From the NCBI GenBank assembly GCA_963776275.1, contig CAVZMI010000038.1, forward strand, positions 37,239-101,238: 64,000 nt of DNA, read 5' to 3'. The notes below the pieces were generated by a model. It had not been told where the DNA came from, searched no databases, and was given only the letters and a program-made list of their open reading frames with translations. How positions within the stretch are numbered: position 1 is the first letter of the stretch; every line of letters starts with the position of its first letter. This stretch comes from Ignavibacteriota bacterium. Its GTDB lineage: Bacteria > Bacteroidota > Ignavibacteria > UBA10030 > CAVZMI01. This document shows, in pieces, positions 40,066 to 50,515 of the stretch. Made by a program: the position numbers and the translations under genes.

Positions 40066-41470
40066 TTGCACGCCCAGATGATCCGACGTCTCTATACAAT
40101 CAATTCGTTTGTTCTTCCGGTTCTTGACATAGCAATACTTATTATTGCGTACGGCGTTTCATTTTTATTGAAACGGCCGGGTACGCACCAGGTTGCCGCT
40201 CTCGATATTTATAATACCTTTATTCTTTTCCAGATTATTTGCTGGCTGCTGATTGCCAGTTATTCAAGGCTCTATCATGAGTCTGAATCACTGCATCTCA
40301 TCCGGCATGTTACAAAGCTTTTTCGGAATTGGTTTGTTCTCCTTCTTATTTCCTTTGCGTTTATAAACCTGATTAAAGTCGGACCTCTTTTCTCACGTGC
40401 ATTCCTTCTCTATTATTATGGGTTTTTGCTTGTTGCATTGATAATCTTCCGTATGGGTCACTTTTTCCTTATGCGGCGGGGTGCGATCGGGATAAAGAGG
40501 CGAATTCTTTTTGTCGGAGGAGGGGTTGCACTGAGACAGCTCTTCGATCGGATAATTAATATACCGCATTATGCGATCGTCGGAGTCATGTCCGCTGACG
40601 ATGTGAAGGAAAAAATCAAAGTACATTCGAAGTACAGTACGAATGCGTGGGAACAATTCCTCTATAAAGAAAATGTAAATGAAGTATTACTGACGCTTTC
40701 AGGAATTGAGCGGGAAAATGTGATTGCGATCGTTAACTTCTGTGAAGAGCGAGGTATCCGCGTAACACTTGTCCCTGATTATGTGGAAACGGTCTACGGG
40801 CGTGGGTTGATGGAAGAACTCGAAGGAGTCCCCGTAGTTGCCCTTCGCAGTGAACCGCTGGATAATATAATGAATCGTTTCGTCAAACGGTCGTTCGATA
40901 TAGTATTCAGTGGACTCATCATCGTTCTTATTTTGCCGGTCGTCACAATTATCGTAGGAATTCTTATTAAATTTATTTCACACGGAACTTGTCTTTTTCC
41001 GGCAGGAGCGAACAGGCTTGAACGGAAGGGCCTTCAAAGTGTGGAAATTCAGGACAATGCACGTAACCGATCGTACAACCGCCGATAGCGTCGCTGCTGA
41101 ATTTAACGATCCTCGTATTACAAAGCTTGGAAGATTTCTTAGAAATACGAGTATCGATGAGCTTCCTCAATTCATTAATGTGTTCCGCGGCGAAATGAGC
41201 GTGGTTGGACCACGCCCTCATATGCTTACACATACCGACCAGTACCGGACGATCGTCTCGAAATACATGGTGCGACATTTTGTAAAACCCGGCATTACCG
41301 GCTGGGCACAGGTGAATGGGTACAGGGGTACGACAGATCACGTTTTTCTGATGGAAAAACGTGTAGAGTACGATATCTATTATATTGAAAATTGGAGTCT
41401 GTTATTCGATACCCAGATTATTTTTATGACCATCCTCACACTGCTTAAGGGAGACACAAGAGCGTATTAA
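40066..41470 (+). CDS. wcaJ: Undecaprenyl-phosphate sugar phosphotransferase (WcaJ-like), frameshifted near 40988
   Basis: N-terminal TMs and KRSFDI in ORF 40066; KFRTM, SIDELPQF, VVGPRP, KPGITGWAQV in ORF 41018. Confidence 0.88.
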
Positions 41471-41566
41471 AATGACTGTAGGCCCGTAGCCTGTAATGAA
41501 TTGTAAATATCGCTTTAAAAAAAACGAGAAGTGACAACCCGAGCGTTGTTTCATAAAGGAGGACAG

Positions 41567-41743
41567 AAAGCACCGTAGGTGCGATATGTTTGTAGAAAAG
41601 TAATCAATAAAATGACGAGAGCTCCGTCAGAAGCGGGATGTGGAGATTGGATGCATGAAATCAATATCCATATGCCACCCTTACAGGGTTTTCCTTCTTC
41701 TAAAAGACATTTCTATAAACATATCACCTCCTACGGGGGTTTG
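41567..41743. repeat. REPIN-like inverted doublet of CCGTAGG / CCTACGG palindromes
   Basis: aaagcaccgtaggtgcgatatgtttgtagaaa is near-complementary to tttctataaacatatcacctcctacgggggttt; a second inner pair is also present. Confidence 0.7.
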
Positions 41744-41842
41744 TCAAATATTAAATTGTGAATTGTGTCTAAGACCCGTAGACCATATTCCGCAATCCCC
41801 ATGGGCTGTAGGCATAAATCTCATTAGCAATTTAAAGAGCTT

Positions 41843-43345
41843 ATGATTGATCTTCGGTTGGCGTTTCGCAATCTTGTATGGAACCACGGAGGGAAGCTGG
41901 CAGAAATCGCGGTGGCGTTCCTCTTCTCTGTTTCCGTGGCGCGGATGCTGGGAGTCCAGCTGAATGGCACATATATTCTCCTGATTACTTTCATTCAAAC
42001 AGGCCTGCTGGTTACTTCTTACGGACTTGAAACAACGCTGCATCGCTTCGTTCCCCGATTTTGTACTGAAAAAGCGGCTCTCCGGGGTTTGTTGCGTCCC
42101 CTTCTTATATTTCGTGTCGTATTACTCCTGATTCTAGTATGTCTGCTCTTCTTCGGACTGCCGTTTCTATTCGTCTATTTCTCGATACAACCGTTTGCAC
42201 TCTCCATCGTTCTTCTATTATGTTTCTATGCGTTTCTGAACGGGATTAATAATTTCTTCGGTGCTGTTCTTATCGGTCAGTCCCGTACGCGGTTACTCTC
42301 ACTTCTCAGGGTCATTGTCCGTATTGGTGAACTGATCGGAGTCATTGTGTGCGGGATGGATGGCTTAACCATCAATGAAGTGCTGACGATCATTGTTCTC
42401 GGTGCGTTTACCAACACACTCGTTCATTGCATCGTGTCGTGGGTGGATATCGCAGGGGAAAGGGTCAAGGGTGATTCCAGGCCCGTTTTCTCATTCGCCG
42501 GGACGATGTGGCTGAATGCTTTCATTGTTTTTGTCCTTGGCAAGCAAATGGACATTCTACTCCTCGGTAAATTTGCAGTCAATGTGAACGAAATAGCTTT
42601 GTACGATATCGCCATGATGCTTGTCCAGATTGTCGTCATGGGAACGACCGTCGGAATGGGTGGGGTAATGCTTGCCACTTTCTCAGTCTTTGCGCAAGAT
42701 CAGCCGGGCGGATTCCAATCATTTTGGCGTTTCTGGGTAAAAATCACTATACTGCTAATAGTTCCCCTATTGATAATTCTTTTATATGGTGCGGATGAAA
42801 TTATCCCGCTCATTTATACATCGTCGTATGCATTGAGTAAAAACCTGGTCCGAGTTCTGGCCTGTTTCATTATTATTGAAAGATTATTCGGGAGTGGGAT
42901 GAACGCAGATGCTTTGCTGGCAATCGGGAAACAAAAAACATTACTATGGATCAGCATTCTGAGCGGAGCCCTGAATATCGTTGTCGCGCTTGTTCTCATT
43001 CCGTACTTCGGAGCACTCGGAGCCATTATCGCCACCGGCATAGCGAATTGTGTGACTTCGATTCTTTTGGCTCAGGCATTACGCCGGTACGAACATGTCG
43101 TCATTCCATTCTTTTTTTGGCTGAGAATAGTCATCATTACGTCTGCGGCGTGCAGCATACCGTATGCTCTCAACATGCTGTATCTCCCATTCATTCTCTG
43201 GTATCAGTTGATATTGATCGTGCTCTTATGGGCAGCTTTTGCAAAAGGAATCGGATTATTTTCGGAAAATGATATCCGGTGGCTTGAGAAAATGAATCCG
43301 GCAGCAATGCGTGTAGCATACTTTTTCAGAATACGTTTACCATGA
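41843..43345 (+). CDS. Second Wzx-like (MOP family) flippase
   Basis: ARMLG...G, QMDILLLG, IALYDIA, LIPYFGALGAIIAT; about 14 TM segments. Confidence 0.85.
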   Translation: MIDLRLAFRNLVWNHGGKLAEIAVAFLFSVSVARMLGVQLNGTYILLITFIQTGLLVTSYGLETTLHRFVPRFCTEKAALRGLLRPLLIFRVVLLLILVCLLFFGLPFLFVYFSIQPFALSIVLLLCFYAFLNGINNFFGAVLIGQSRTRLLSLLRVIVRIGELIGVIVCGMDGLTINEVLTIIVLGAFTNTLVHCIVSWVDIAGERVKGDSRPVFSFAGTMWLNAFIVFVLGKQMDILLLGKFAVNVNEIALYDIAMMLVQIVVMGTTVGMGGVMLATFSVFAQDQPGGFQSFWRFWVKITILLIVPLLIILLYGADEIIPLIYTSSYALSKNLVRVLACFIIIERLFGSGMNADALLAIGKQKTLLWISILSGALNIVVALVLIPYFGALGAIIATGIANCVTSILLAQALRRYEHVVIPFFFWLRIVIITSAACSIPYALNMLYLPFILWYQLILIVLLWAAFAKGIGLFSENDIRWLEKMNPAAMRVAYFFRIRLP

Positions 43346-44508
43346 AGGTCGGAATCATTACATATCGATGCGGCGGTCCGGGCGGAATTGAAGGCATTGC
43401 CTTATCGGTCGCCCGGGCGGTCAAAGTAAACGGCCATGAAGTCCGCGTTGTTTGTGCCGATCCTGTCTCTGTTCCGCCGGACATCAGTGTTACTCGCGTT
43501 GCCGCGTTCGCCAATCCCACAACTCTCCGTCATTTATCGTTCCGGATGACGAGTTCGCGGGCTGCTCGCTCACTTGGGTGCGATGTCATCCATTCTTTCG
43601 GAATGACAAAGTATTTTAATGTCTTTGCCGCACAGAGCTGTCACAAGGCCGGACTGAAAATTCTCCAGCGATATGTGAACCGGCTTATAGAAAATCCGTT
43701 CGGCAGGGGTGCCGCGAATGCGCTTGCCCTCTGGCAGGAACGTCAGAATTTTTCACCATCTCCAGCAAAGAAAATTATTGCCTGTTCTCGCCGAACAAAA
43801 AATGAAATCATCGAGGAATATAAAATCGACGAGGACCAGATCACAGTTATCCCGAATGGAATCGATCCGAAACGTTTCTGCAGAACACCGCAAAGGGAAG
43901 AATGGGGACGCGCCATGCTTCGGAGTGCCGGAATTCCGGACTCGGTTCCAACAATCCTCTTTGTGGCGAACGAATTTGCACGAAAAGGACTCGCCGCACT
44001 TATTCAATCATTACCTCTTCTGAAAGGAATATCACCACATATTTTGGTTGCCGGTAATGGAAATTCCCAGCCCTATCGGCAGCTCGCTCTACGCCTTGGG
44101 ATTGATTCTTCGGTTCATTTCCTGGGTTCTGTGATGGAAGTTGAGTGCCTGTACGCAGCTGCGGATCTCTTTGTGCTTCCGACACTCCACGAAGCTTTCG
44201 GGCTTGCTATTTCTGAAGCAATGGCAATGGGAATGCCCGTCATTGCAAGTGCCTGTGCCGGAGTGATTGAGACTATTGGGAAAGATGGGAAAAATTGTAT
44301 TGCCCTTCATGCACCAGAGGAACCCGATGATATCGCTGCTGCAATTCAACTAATGCTTGACGATAGTGAACTTCGAAACTACATCGCTCAAGCAGCTGTC
44401 ACAACAGCACAACGATTCCCCTGGAATGAAATAGCCCTACAGATAATAGAAGTGTATAAACAAACAATTTCTCATGACGACTCTGTGTCGTCTCCTGAAA
44501 GTCATTGA
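43342..44508 (+). CDS. Glycosyltransferase family 4
   Basis: GGIE, VIPNGID, RKGL, EAFGLAISEAMAMG. Confidence 0.9.
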   Translation: MKVGIITYRCGGPGGIEGIALSVARAVKVNGHEVRVVCADPVSVPPDISVTRVAAFANPTTLRHLSFRMTSSRAARSLGCDVIHSFGMTKYFNVFAAQSCHKAGLKILQRYVNRLIENPFGRGAANALALWQERQNFSPSPAKKIIACSRRTKNEIIEEYKIDEDQITVIPNGIDPKRFCRTPQREEWGRAMLRSAGIPDSVPTILFVANEFARKGLAALIQSLPLLKGISPHILVAGNGNSQPYRQLALRLGIDSSVHFLGSVMEVECLYAAADLFVLPTLHEAFGLAISEAMAMGMPVIASACAGVIETIGKDGKNCIALHAPEEPDDIAAAIQLMLDDSELRNYIAQAAVTTAQRFPWNEIALQIIEVYKQTISHDDSVSSPESH

Positions 44509-44605
44509 GAAGTTCTAAGTGGTTTCTATGGTCATATTATAAAAAGAAAAACACAGAGATCACGGAGAACGGTTGGATAGCTATTATAGGAGGACACGGA
44601 GTATA
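44478..44605. repeat. CTCYGTG / CACRGAG family inverted element (copy 3, degenerate)
   Basis: actctgtgtcgtctcc ... aaacacagagatcacggag ... ggaggacacggagt. Confidence 0.55.
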
Positions 44606-44646
44606 AAAAGCGAAAGATTTGAGTTGAAAATATTTTTTTAGTAACA

Positions 44647-45480
44647 ATGGCCCTGGATGCTCGGACATATTACCGGACGATTAAAGGGTATCACGAGATT
44701 GCCGAAAGCTCGCACGAGCGTCCAATGATTGATGCTGGACTATTACGTCGGTTTCTTCCTTACAGTGGAGTGATTGTGGATATGGGAGGAGGAACCGGCT
44801 ATAATGCCGAATTTCTTTCTCTTGCACCCGATGCCTATATCTGTGTTGATCTATCAACTGAAGGGATAAAATACGTCCGAAATCATGGACGAGGTCATGC
44901 CGTTGTTGCTGATGCGGCAGCGTTGCCGTTCCGTGATTTGAAAGTTGATACGCTCCTTTGCAGCTGGTCTTTGGAACATTTTTCGCATCCGGTAGCCGTT
45001 CTTGACGAAATGCTCCGGGTACTTCGTCCTGGGGGACGGATATTTATCTGGGGCCCCAATTGGGACAATATTTTCCGGAAGGATTTTCCACAATTTGTCC
45101 ATAAATCCCGTATTTTTATCGAAACTGTAAGGTTACGACTATTCGGCCGTATGATTTTGAACGAGATTTTTCGTGACCGGTATAATCCATTTGTTTCTCT
45201 GGATGTTGCGGCGTTTTTTGATCCGATGCGTTATATTTCATATGATACGGATGCAGTCCATTGCGTCCTCTGCCAGGAGACGGTGCATTATTTTTCAAGT
45301 CACGGATTTAAAACCATTTTTCTTTCCGATTTCCGTGATATGCTCTGGTTTATTAAAACATCGTTCTTCAGCCGTCTGTTGCGGTCTTTGCTTCGACCGG
45401 TGGTTCCATCTGTTCGTCGGATTCCTTTTTTCCGATGGTTTGTTATTCGATTTCCTTTGATTGTTGAAAAACAGAAATGA
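44647..45480 (+). CDS. Class I SAM methyltransferase
   Basis: VDMGGGTG, ADAAALPF, SLEH, RVLRPGG. Confidence 0.88.
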   Translation: MALDARTYYRTIKGYHEIAESSHERPMIDAGLLRRFLPYSGVIVDMGGGTGYNAEFLSLAPDAYICVDLSTEGIKYVRNHGRGHAVVADAAALPFRDLKVDTLLCSWSLEHFSHPVAVLDEMLRVLRPGGRIFIWGPNWDNIFRKDFPQFVHKSRIFIETVRLRLFGRMILNEIFRDRYNPFVSLDVAAFFDPMRYISYDTDAVHCVLCQETVHYFSSHGFKTIFLSDFRDMLWFIKTSFFSRLLRSLLRPVVPSVRRIPFFRWFVIRFPLIVEKQK

Positions 45481-46616
45481 AGATTGCAGTCATAGAACCT
45501 CTTGGACTCGGAGACGTTGTGCTGAGCCTTTCGGTGGTTCAAACACTGAAGAAAGCAATTCCGGACGCACAAATTGCAATGGTTGTTCAAAAATCATTGA
45601 TCGAGATTCCCGCTAATCATCCGGATGTGGACTCGGTCATTCCGATCTATAATAAGCAACCAATTCCAGTACGTTTTTTCCGGTTGGTATCGGAATTATC
45701 AAGTATCTCATTTGATATTGCATTATTGTGTCCGGGATCTCTCACCGTCGCAGTGGCTGCCGCTGCAGCCCGGATTCCCCGGCGAATCGGATCGGATCAA
45801 ACGCACGGCATGGATTTGTTTGCAAATCACATCCGATATCCCCGTCTTCAGTACCAGACGAATGGTGCATTTTTAGTCGGGATGTTTGATCGACTTGTCC
45901 GTCATGTTAACAAGCGCAGTATCGCATCGCTCTATTTCACGGATGTTGTTCCATTTGATCCGGCGAAACACGCGGCCGAAAGATTCTGCAGTTTGCTTCA
46001 TCCATTAAGGATATATGAACATCCTGTTTCTCCGAAAATCTCTCCTTCGAATGAATCCATCGTGCATGTCGAAGGAATGGGAAAAGAGTTCGGGATCCGA
46101 TGGGAGGGACGACCGGTGGCACTTGTTCCGGGAAGCCGCTGGCCCACAAAGCAATGGGGAGAGAATCATTATGCGCTGCTCGCGGTAGAGCTTATCAAAC
46201 AGTATCCTGAGAAAGATATACTTTTATGTGGCCATACTGCTGACAAGGAACTGTGTGCCCGAATTGCCGGGTTGATCGGTGCTTCATGTGTGAAAAACTT
46301 GTCGGGAATTTTGTCGCTTAATCAAATGGCCGAGGTCTTCCGTCGTTGCTCGGTGATGGTTGGGAATGATTCCGGGGCCGGGCATTGTGCTGCTGCTGTA
46401 GGAACACCGGTCGTCACATTGTTCGGTCCGACGATTCCTCAGTTTGGATTTTTTCCGTTGTCTCCGAAATCAATTGTACTCGAGGGAGAACCACTCGAAT
46501 GCCGGCCGTGCGGTCCGTATGGCGGTACTTATTGTCCTGTGAAAACACATGAGTGTATGACGACAATTTCCGTTGATAGTGTGGTGAAAGCAATCAAAAA
46601 AATAGAAGGGCCATGA
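45477..46616 (+). CDS. Glycosyltransferase family 9 (heptosyltransferase-like)
   Basis: LGDVV, PGSRWPTKQW, GNDSGAGHCAAAVGTP..FGPT, CRPC. Confidence 0.9.
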   Translation: MKIAVIEPLGLGDVVLSLSVVQTLKKAIPDAQIAMVVQKSLIEIPANHPDVDSVIPIYNKQPIPVRFFRLVSELSSISFDIALLCPGSLTVAVAAAAARIPRRIGSDQTHGMDLFANHIRYPRLQYQTNGAFLVGMFDRLVRHVNKRSIASLYFTDVVPFDPAKHAAERFCSLLHPLRIYEHPVSPKISPSNESIVHVEGMGKEFGIRWEGRPVALVPGSRWPTKQWGENHYALLAVELIKQYPEKDILLCGHTADKELCARIAGLIGASCVKNLSGILSLNQMAEVFRRCSVMVGNDSGAGHCAAAVGTPVVTLFGPTIPQFGFFPLSPKSIVLEGEPLECRPCGPYGGTYCPVKTHECMTTISVDSVVKAIKKIEGP

Positions 46617-46619
46617 CAA

Positions 46620-47852
46620 ATGAACAATGCCATCCGGAAGGTGATGAATCGGTATCAGCCCCCACTGCTCCTGTCAGTGATTCTCAGTTTCTGTCTGAGC
46701 ATCCTGTTTTCTTTCATCATCTATCCAAAAATTGAAGAACCATGTCACGCATGGCAGGATGTGGATCGATATGCGGAGATAGGTCAGAACCTGTATAACG
46801 GGAACGGTTTCCGATTTGAGGATGCCGACATGCCCACCGTTGCCCGTGGACCGATCTATCCTTTGACTATTGCCGCACTATCGTGGTTTGCCGGCAGTTA
46901 TGCGGTCTGGCATGTCCAGCTGCTTCAGGCCTTTTTCCTTGCGGGCGCATGTATTCTTGTTTTCTATGTTGCTCGACAGATTTCCCCGCCGCAATTAGCG
47001 CACTGGGTTGCTCTTGTCACAGCTCTTTATCCGCTGTTCATCTGGTATGCTGCGCGTATCTGGACGGAGACTCTTCTGGTTCTCGGCGTGAGTTTTCTTG
47101 CATACCGCCTTATAAGGTTCCATCGCGCTCCGACTTTCGGGAGGGGAATAATGCTTGGAATTGTAGTTGGATTTCTTATTCTGGTGAAAGCGGGATTTCT
47201 CCTTTTTATTCCTTTTCTTCTAGTGTATTATCTTCTGAAAAAGAATTTCAGAGCAGTGCGTCACTGTCTTTTTGCACTCGTCTGCGTCGTTGTGATCATT
47301 ATGCCGTGGACCGTCAGAAATTATCATGTCAGCGATTCCGTCATTCCGGCTGAGACAACCGCATCGTCAAATTTTCTTATCGGAAACGTCGTCGCGCGGG
47401 ATTTTTTCCAACACCCACTTTCACTGTCGATTCCGATGCAAAAGGGAACGGATGAAATTGCCCAATGGATGGACGAAGCCGATCTTTCCCCGCTCGATGC
47501 CGAAGAGGCGGCAGGTGAGAATGTCCTCAGAAAGAAGGCAATCGACTCATTCCTTTCCAATCCTGTTTTTCTCCTGCAAAAAGTCGGAACACAGGCGATT
47601 ACATTCTGGTATCTCGGTGAAACGCCGCTTAAATCAATTATTATTCTTATCGTTCAATTACCGATTCTTTTCTTTGCTGTCAGGAAAATCCTGAAAGCTG
47701 TCCGTGAAAATACTCTCGTCGTACCGCTCATTCTCATTATAACATACTGGTGGGGTGTCGCTGCTCTCTTAGTTGCCCATGCACGAATCGCGGTTCCTAT
47801 CATGCCGCTGGTTCTTCTTCTTGCTGTTTATGGATTGTATGGTCGATCATGA
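46620..47852 (+). CDS. GT-C (ArnT/PMT-like) membrane glycosyltransferase
   Basis: D..RY..IG.NL..GNGF, RGPIYP, WTETL, PWTVRNY. Confidence 0.75.
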   Translation: MNNAIRKVMNRYQPPLLLSVILSFCLSILFSFIIYPKIEEPCHAWQDVDRYAEIGQNLYNGNGFRFEDADMPTVARGPIYPLTIAALSWFAGSYAVWHVQLLQAFFLAGACILVFYVARQISPPQLAHWVALVTALYPLFIWYAARIWTETLLVLGVSFLAYRLIRFHRAPTFGRGIMLGIVVGFLILVKAGFLLFIPFLLVYYLLKKNFRAVRHCLFALVCVVVIIMPWTVRNYHVSDSVIPAETTASSNFLIGNVVARDFFQHPLSLSIPMQKGTDEIAQWMDEADLSPLDAEEAAGENVLRKKAIDSFLSNPVFLLQKVGTQAITFWYLGETPLKSIIILIVQLPILFFAVRKILKAVRENTLVVPLILIITYWWGVAALLVAHARIAVPIMPLVLLLAVYGLYGRS

Positions 47853-48963
47853 AGAATATCGTCCATACGGCGATCGTTACATTAATCAAATACCTGCGGC
47901 CGGTTCATGCAATTGATCCGGAACGAATTGCCTGTATAGAACTTAGCCGCATGGGTGATATTCTGGCGATGCTGCCGGCGCTCCGATTGCTGCGGACGAA
48001 TTTCCCCTCATCCGAAATTATTGTAGTCGTTCAACAATCTTATGCAGAACTTTTCCGGCGAATCCGGGTTGCAGATGAGGTGATCGGCATTGAGAAACGC
48101 AGGATCATTCATACGATCGACGCTCTTCGTAAGCGTGATGTCACGCTGACCTGCAGCATGAGTCCTGCGACGACGAATGCGTTATGTGCATTATTCGGGG
48201 CAAAATCCAGTATTGGATATCTGGGACCGCCGCGAACACTCCCGGGTATTCTAGATAAAAGCGTGGTATCCGGAATCGGTGCAGAGGTTATCCGGCAGGA
48301 ATATTTCAAGGAAAATATCTATCAACGGGGGGTAAAGATCTGTCGTGCGTTACGAATTCCCGTTGAACCGCTACAGGCTATCATAACAACCGATGTCGAT
48401 TGGGAACACTCGTCGCTTGATGTATTACGCTCGCTTGATTTGGCAATCCGTTCTGCCTACATTATTTTACATCCGCTTGCGGGATGGAAATATCGATCGT
48501 GGCCGGGTGATCAATGGAATCGATTGATCGAAAAAATTGTCCGGAATACATTGTTCGAATGTGTTCTAATTTCATCAAGCACTGAACGGAAGCAGCTTGA
48601 ACAAATCGTACAAAAGACACCACGGGTGCATTACGCATCCGGTCTTCCGATGGAGCATCTGGCCGTACTAATAAAGCGAAGTGCTGGATTTGTGGGGAAT
48701 GATTCGGTCCGCTCCACATGGCTGCAGCGCTCGGCACGCCGGTTATCGGATTGTTCGGCCCTGCAGCTCCGGTCTTCACGGCACCGCTCAACGGAAACGG
48801 CTTTTATTTTTATCAACAGTTGGAATGCAGTCCCTGTAATCAACGCAGATGTATCAGGCCCCATGATTCATGCATGATGCAGTTGAATCCCGATTCAATC
48901 TTTGAAACGGTTGAAAAACTCTTTGGCAAGACATCCGTTCAGGCGGGAGAACACAATACCTGA
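47849..48963 (+). CDS. Glycosyltransferase family 9, frameshifted near 48705
   Basis: RMGDI, HPLAGWKYRSW, GNDS in one frame, then (G)PLHMAAALGTP..FGP and CSPC in the next. Confidence 0.85.
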
Positions 48964-49696
48964 AGTCGACATCCTTGGAGTCCGCGTTCATCGGGTCTCC
49001 TCGGCCGATATCCAGTCGATAATCCTGAAAAGAATCCGAGAGAAAGAACGCGGATTGTTTTTGTATGTCCATTTGCATTCAATAAATCTGGCTCAGAGAG
49101 ACGGTGAGCTGCGGGACGCGCTTAATTCTGCATCGATTACCTATTGCGACGGCGAGGGAGTGCGAATCGGTGCCCGGATACTCGGCCAATCTCTTCCCGA
49201 GCGAATTCCATTGACGCGATGGATCTACCCCTTCCTTGATTTTTGCGCTCGTAATAATTTATCTGTTTATTGTGTGGGAACGGAGCAGAGGATCATTCGC
49301 CGTGCGGTCGAAATGTTGCACGATCGTGTTCCGACATTAAATATTGCGGGATATCATGATGGATATTTTCACACAACGGGAGAGGGAACGCGCGGGGTAC
49401 TTCAGGATATCCAACGCGCTCATCCGAATGTTCTCATAGTCGGAATGGGGATGCCGCGGCAGGAATTATGGATCCGCGACCATTGGGATGATCTTCATGC
49501 AGACATTATTCTGACTGCAGGTTCCTGCTTCGATTATATCGCCGGTGAAAAACAGACCTGTCCGGCATGGATGGCAGATCATGGGCTTGAGTGGCTTCAT
49601 CGTTTGCTGCGAGAGCCCCGCCATGTCTGGAGACGCTATCTTGTTGGAATACCCGTATTTCTTATTCGAGTACTCAGACAGCGAAGCAGGTTATAA
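48956..49696 (+). CDS. WecB/TagA/CpsF (WecG) glycosyltransferase; start uncertain (48902 TTG or 48956 ATA)
   Basis: CDGEG, GYHDGYF, VGMGMPRQELW, GLEWLHRL.REP..WRRYL. Confidence 0.9.
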   Translation: MPEVDILGVRVHRVSSADIQSIILKRIREKERGLFLYVHLHSINLAQRDGELRDALNSASITYCDGEGVRIGARILGQSLPERIPLTRWIYPFLDFCARNNLSVYCVGTEQRIIRRAVEMLHDRVPTLNIAGYHDGYFHTTGEGTRGVLQDIQRAHPNVLIVGMGMPRQELWIRDHWDDLHADIILTAGSCFDYIAGEKQTCPAWMADHGLEWLHRLLREPRHVWRRYLVGIPVFLIRVLRQRSRL

Positions 49697-49722
49697 ATAA
49701 TTCGGACTTGTCCAAAATAAGA

Positions 49723-49860
49723 AGAAAACGAACCATAGAAAAAAAAGAATGAAAATATTCCCCTCTTGAGAGGGGAAGCAAAGGGGTGTGTGATAAAGCG
49801 TGATCGAACACACCCCGGTCGCCTTGCGGCGACCACCCCTCTCATAGAGAGGGGACTATT
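49723..49860 (+). repeat. Left multi-hairpin direct repeat of DUF559 cassette
   Basis: TCCCCTCTTGAGAGGGGA; GGGGTGTGT..ACACACCCC; GGTCGCC..GGCGACC; CCCCTCTC..GAGAGGGG. Confidence 0.85.
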
Positions 49861-49866
49861 ATAATC

Positions 49867-50280
49867 ATGACCATTATGAAAAAATTAATATATTACAATC
49901 CCAGATTAAAAGAATTAGCCAGGAGACTTCGTAATAGCAGCACTCTTTCCGAAATTCTGCTTTGGAATGAACTCAAAGGGAAGAAGATCCGTGGTTACGA
50001 TTTTCATCGGCAAAAACCGATTGAAAATTTTATCGTCGATTTCTATTGTCCACGGTTAAATCTGGCTATTGAGATCGATGGTGAAAGTCATTTTGCAAAT
50101 GAAATAAAAGATAAGACCCGGCAAAAAGACATTGAATCGCTCGGTATCAACTTTCTTCGATTTGACGATTTAGAAATAAAGAGGGATATGGAAGGAGTAC
50201 TCAAATCTATCGAGGAATGGATTGAGAATTACGAATATCAAGCTCAAATGATTATTTCAGATGTAGAAAACGAAACATAA
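49867..50280 (+). CDS. DUF559 / Vsr-like PD-(D/E)xK endonuclease domain protein
   Basis: ARRLRNSSTLSEILLWNELK, FHRQKPI..FIVDFYC..LAIEIDGESH, LGINFLRF. Confidence 0.9.
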   Translation: MTIMKKLIYYNPRLKELARRLRNSSTLSEILLWNELKGKKIRGYDFHRQKPIENFIVDFYCPRLNLAIEIDGESHFANEIKDKTRQKDIESLGINFLRFDDLEIKRDMEGVLKSIEEWIENYEYQAQMIISDVENET

Positions 50281-50440
50281 AAAAATGAAAACACTCCCCT
50301 CTTGAGAGGGGAGGCGGAGGGGTGTGTGATAAGGCGCCATCGGACACACCCCGGTCGCCTTGCGGCGACCATCCTTCGACTCATTCCGCCTTCGGCGGAA
50401 TTCGCTCAGGACGGTGCCCTTCTCAAAGAGAGGGGACTGG
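50265..50440 (+). repeat. Right multi-hairpin direct repeat of DUF559 cassette with ~44 nt nested palindromic insert (50372-50415)
   Basis: Same four hairpins as the left repeat, plus CCTTCGACTC-ATTCCGCC ttc GGCGGAAT-TCGCTCAGGAC. Confidence 0.85.
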
Positions 50441-50515
50441 TAATAGTAAAGGCAGATTATAACTGCCATAATAGCTTGTTGGATGGTAATGGAAAAACAT
50501 AATTCATATAGGGCT

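Noticed and set aside
49723-50440. CRISPR array or classical IS interpretation of the repeats
   Set aside because: Only two long repeats around a gene, no spacer periodicity, no cas genes, no DDE/HUH transposase motifs.
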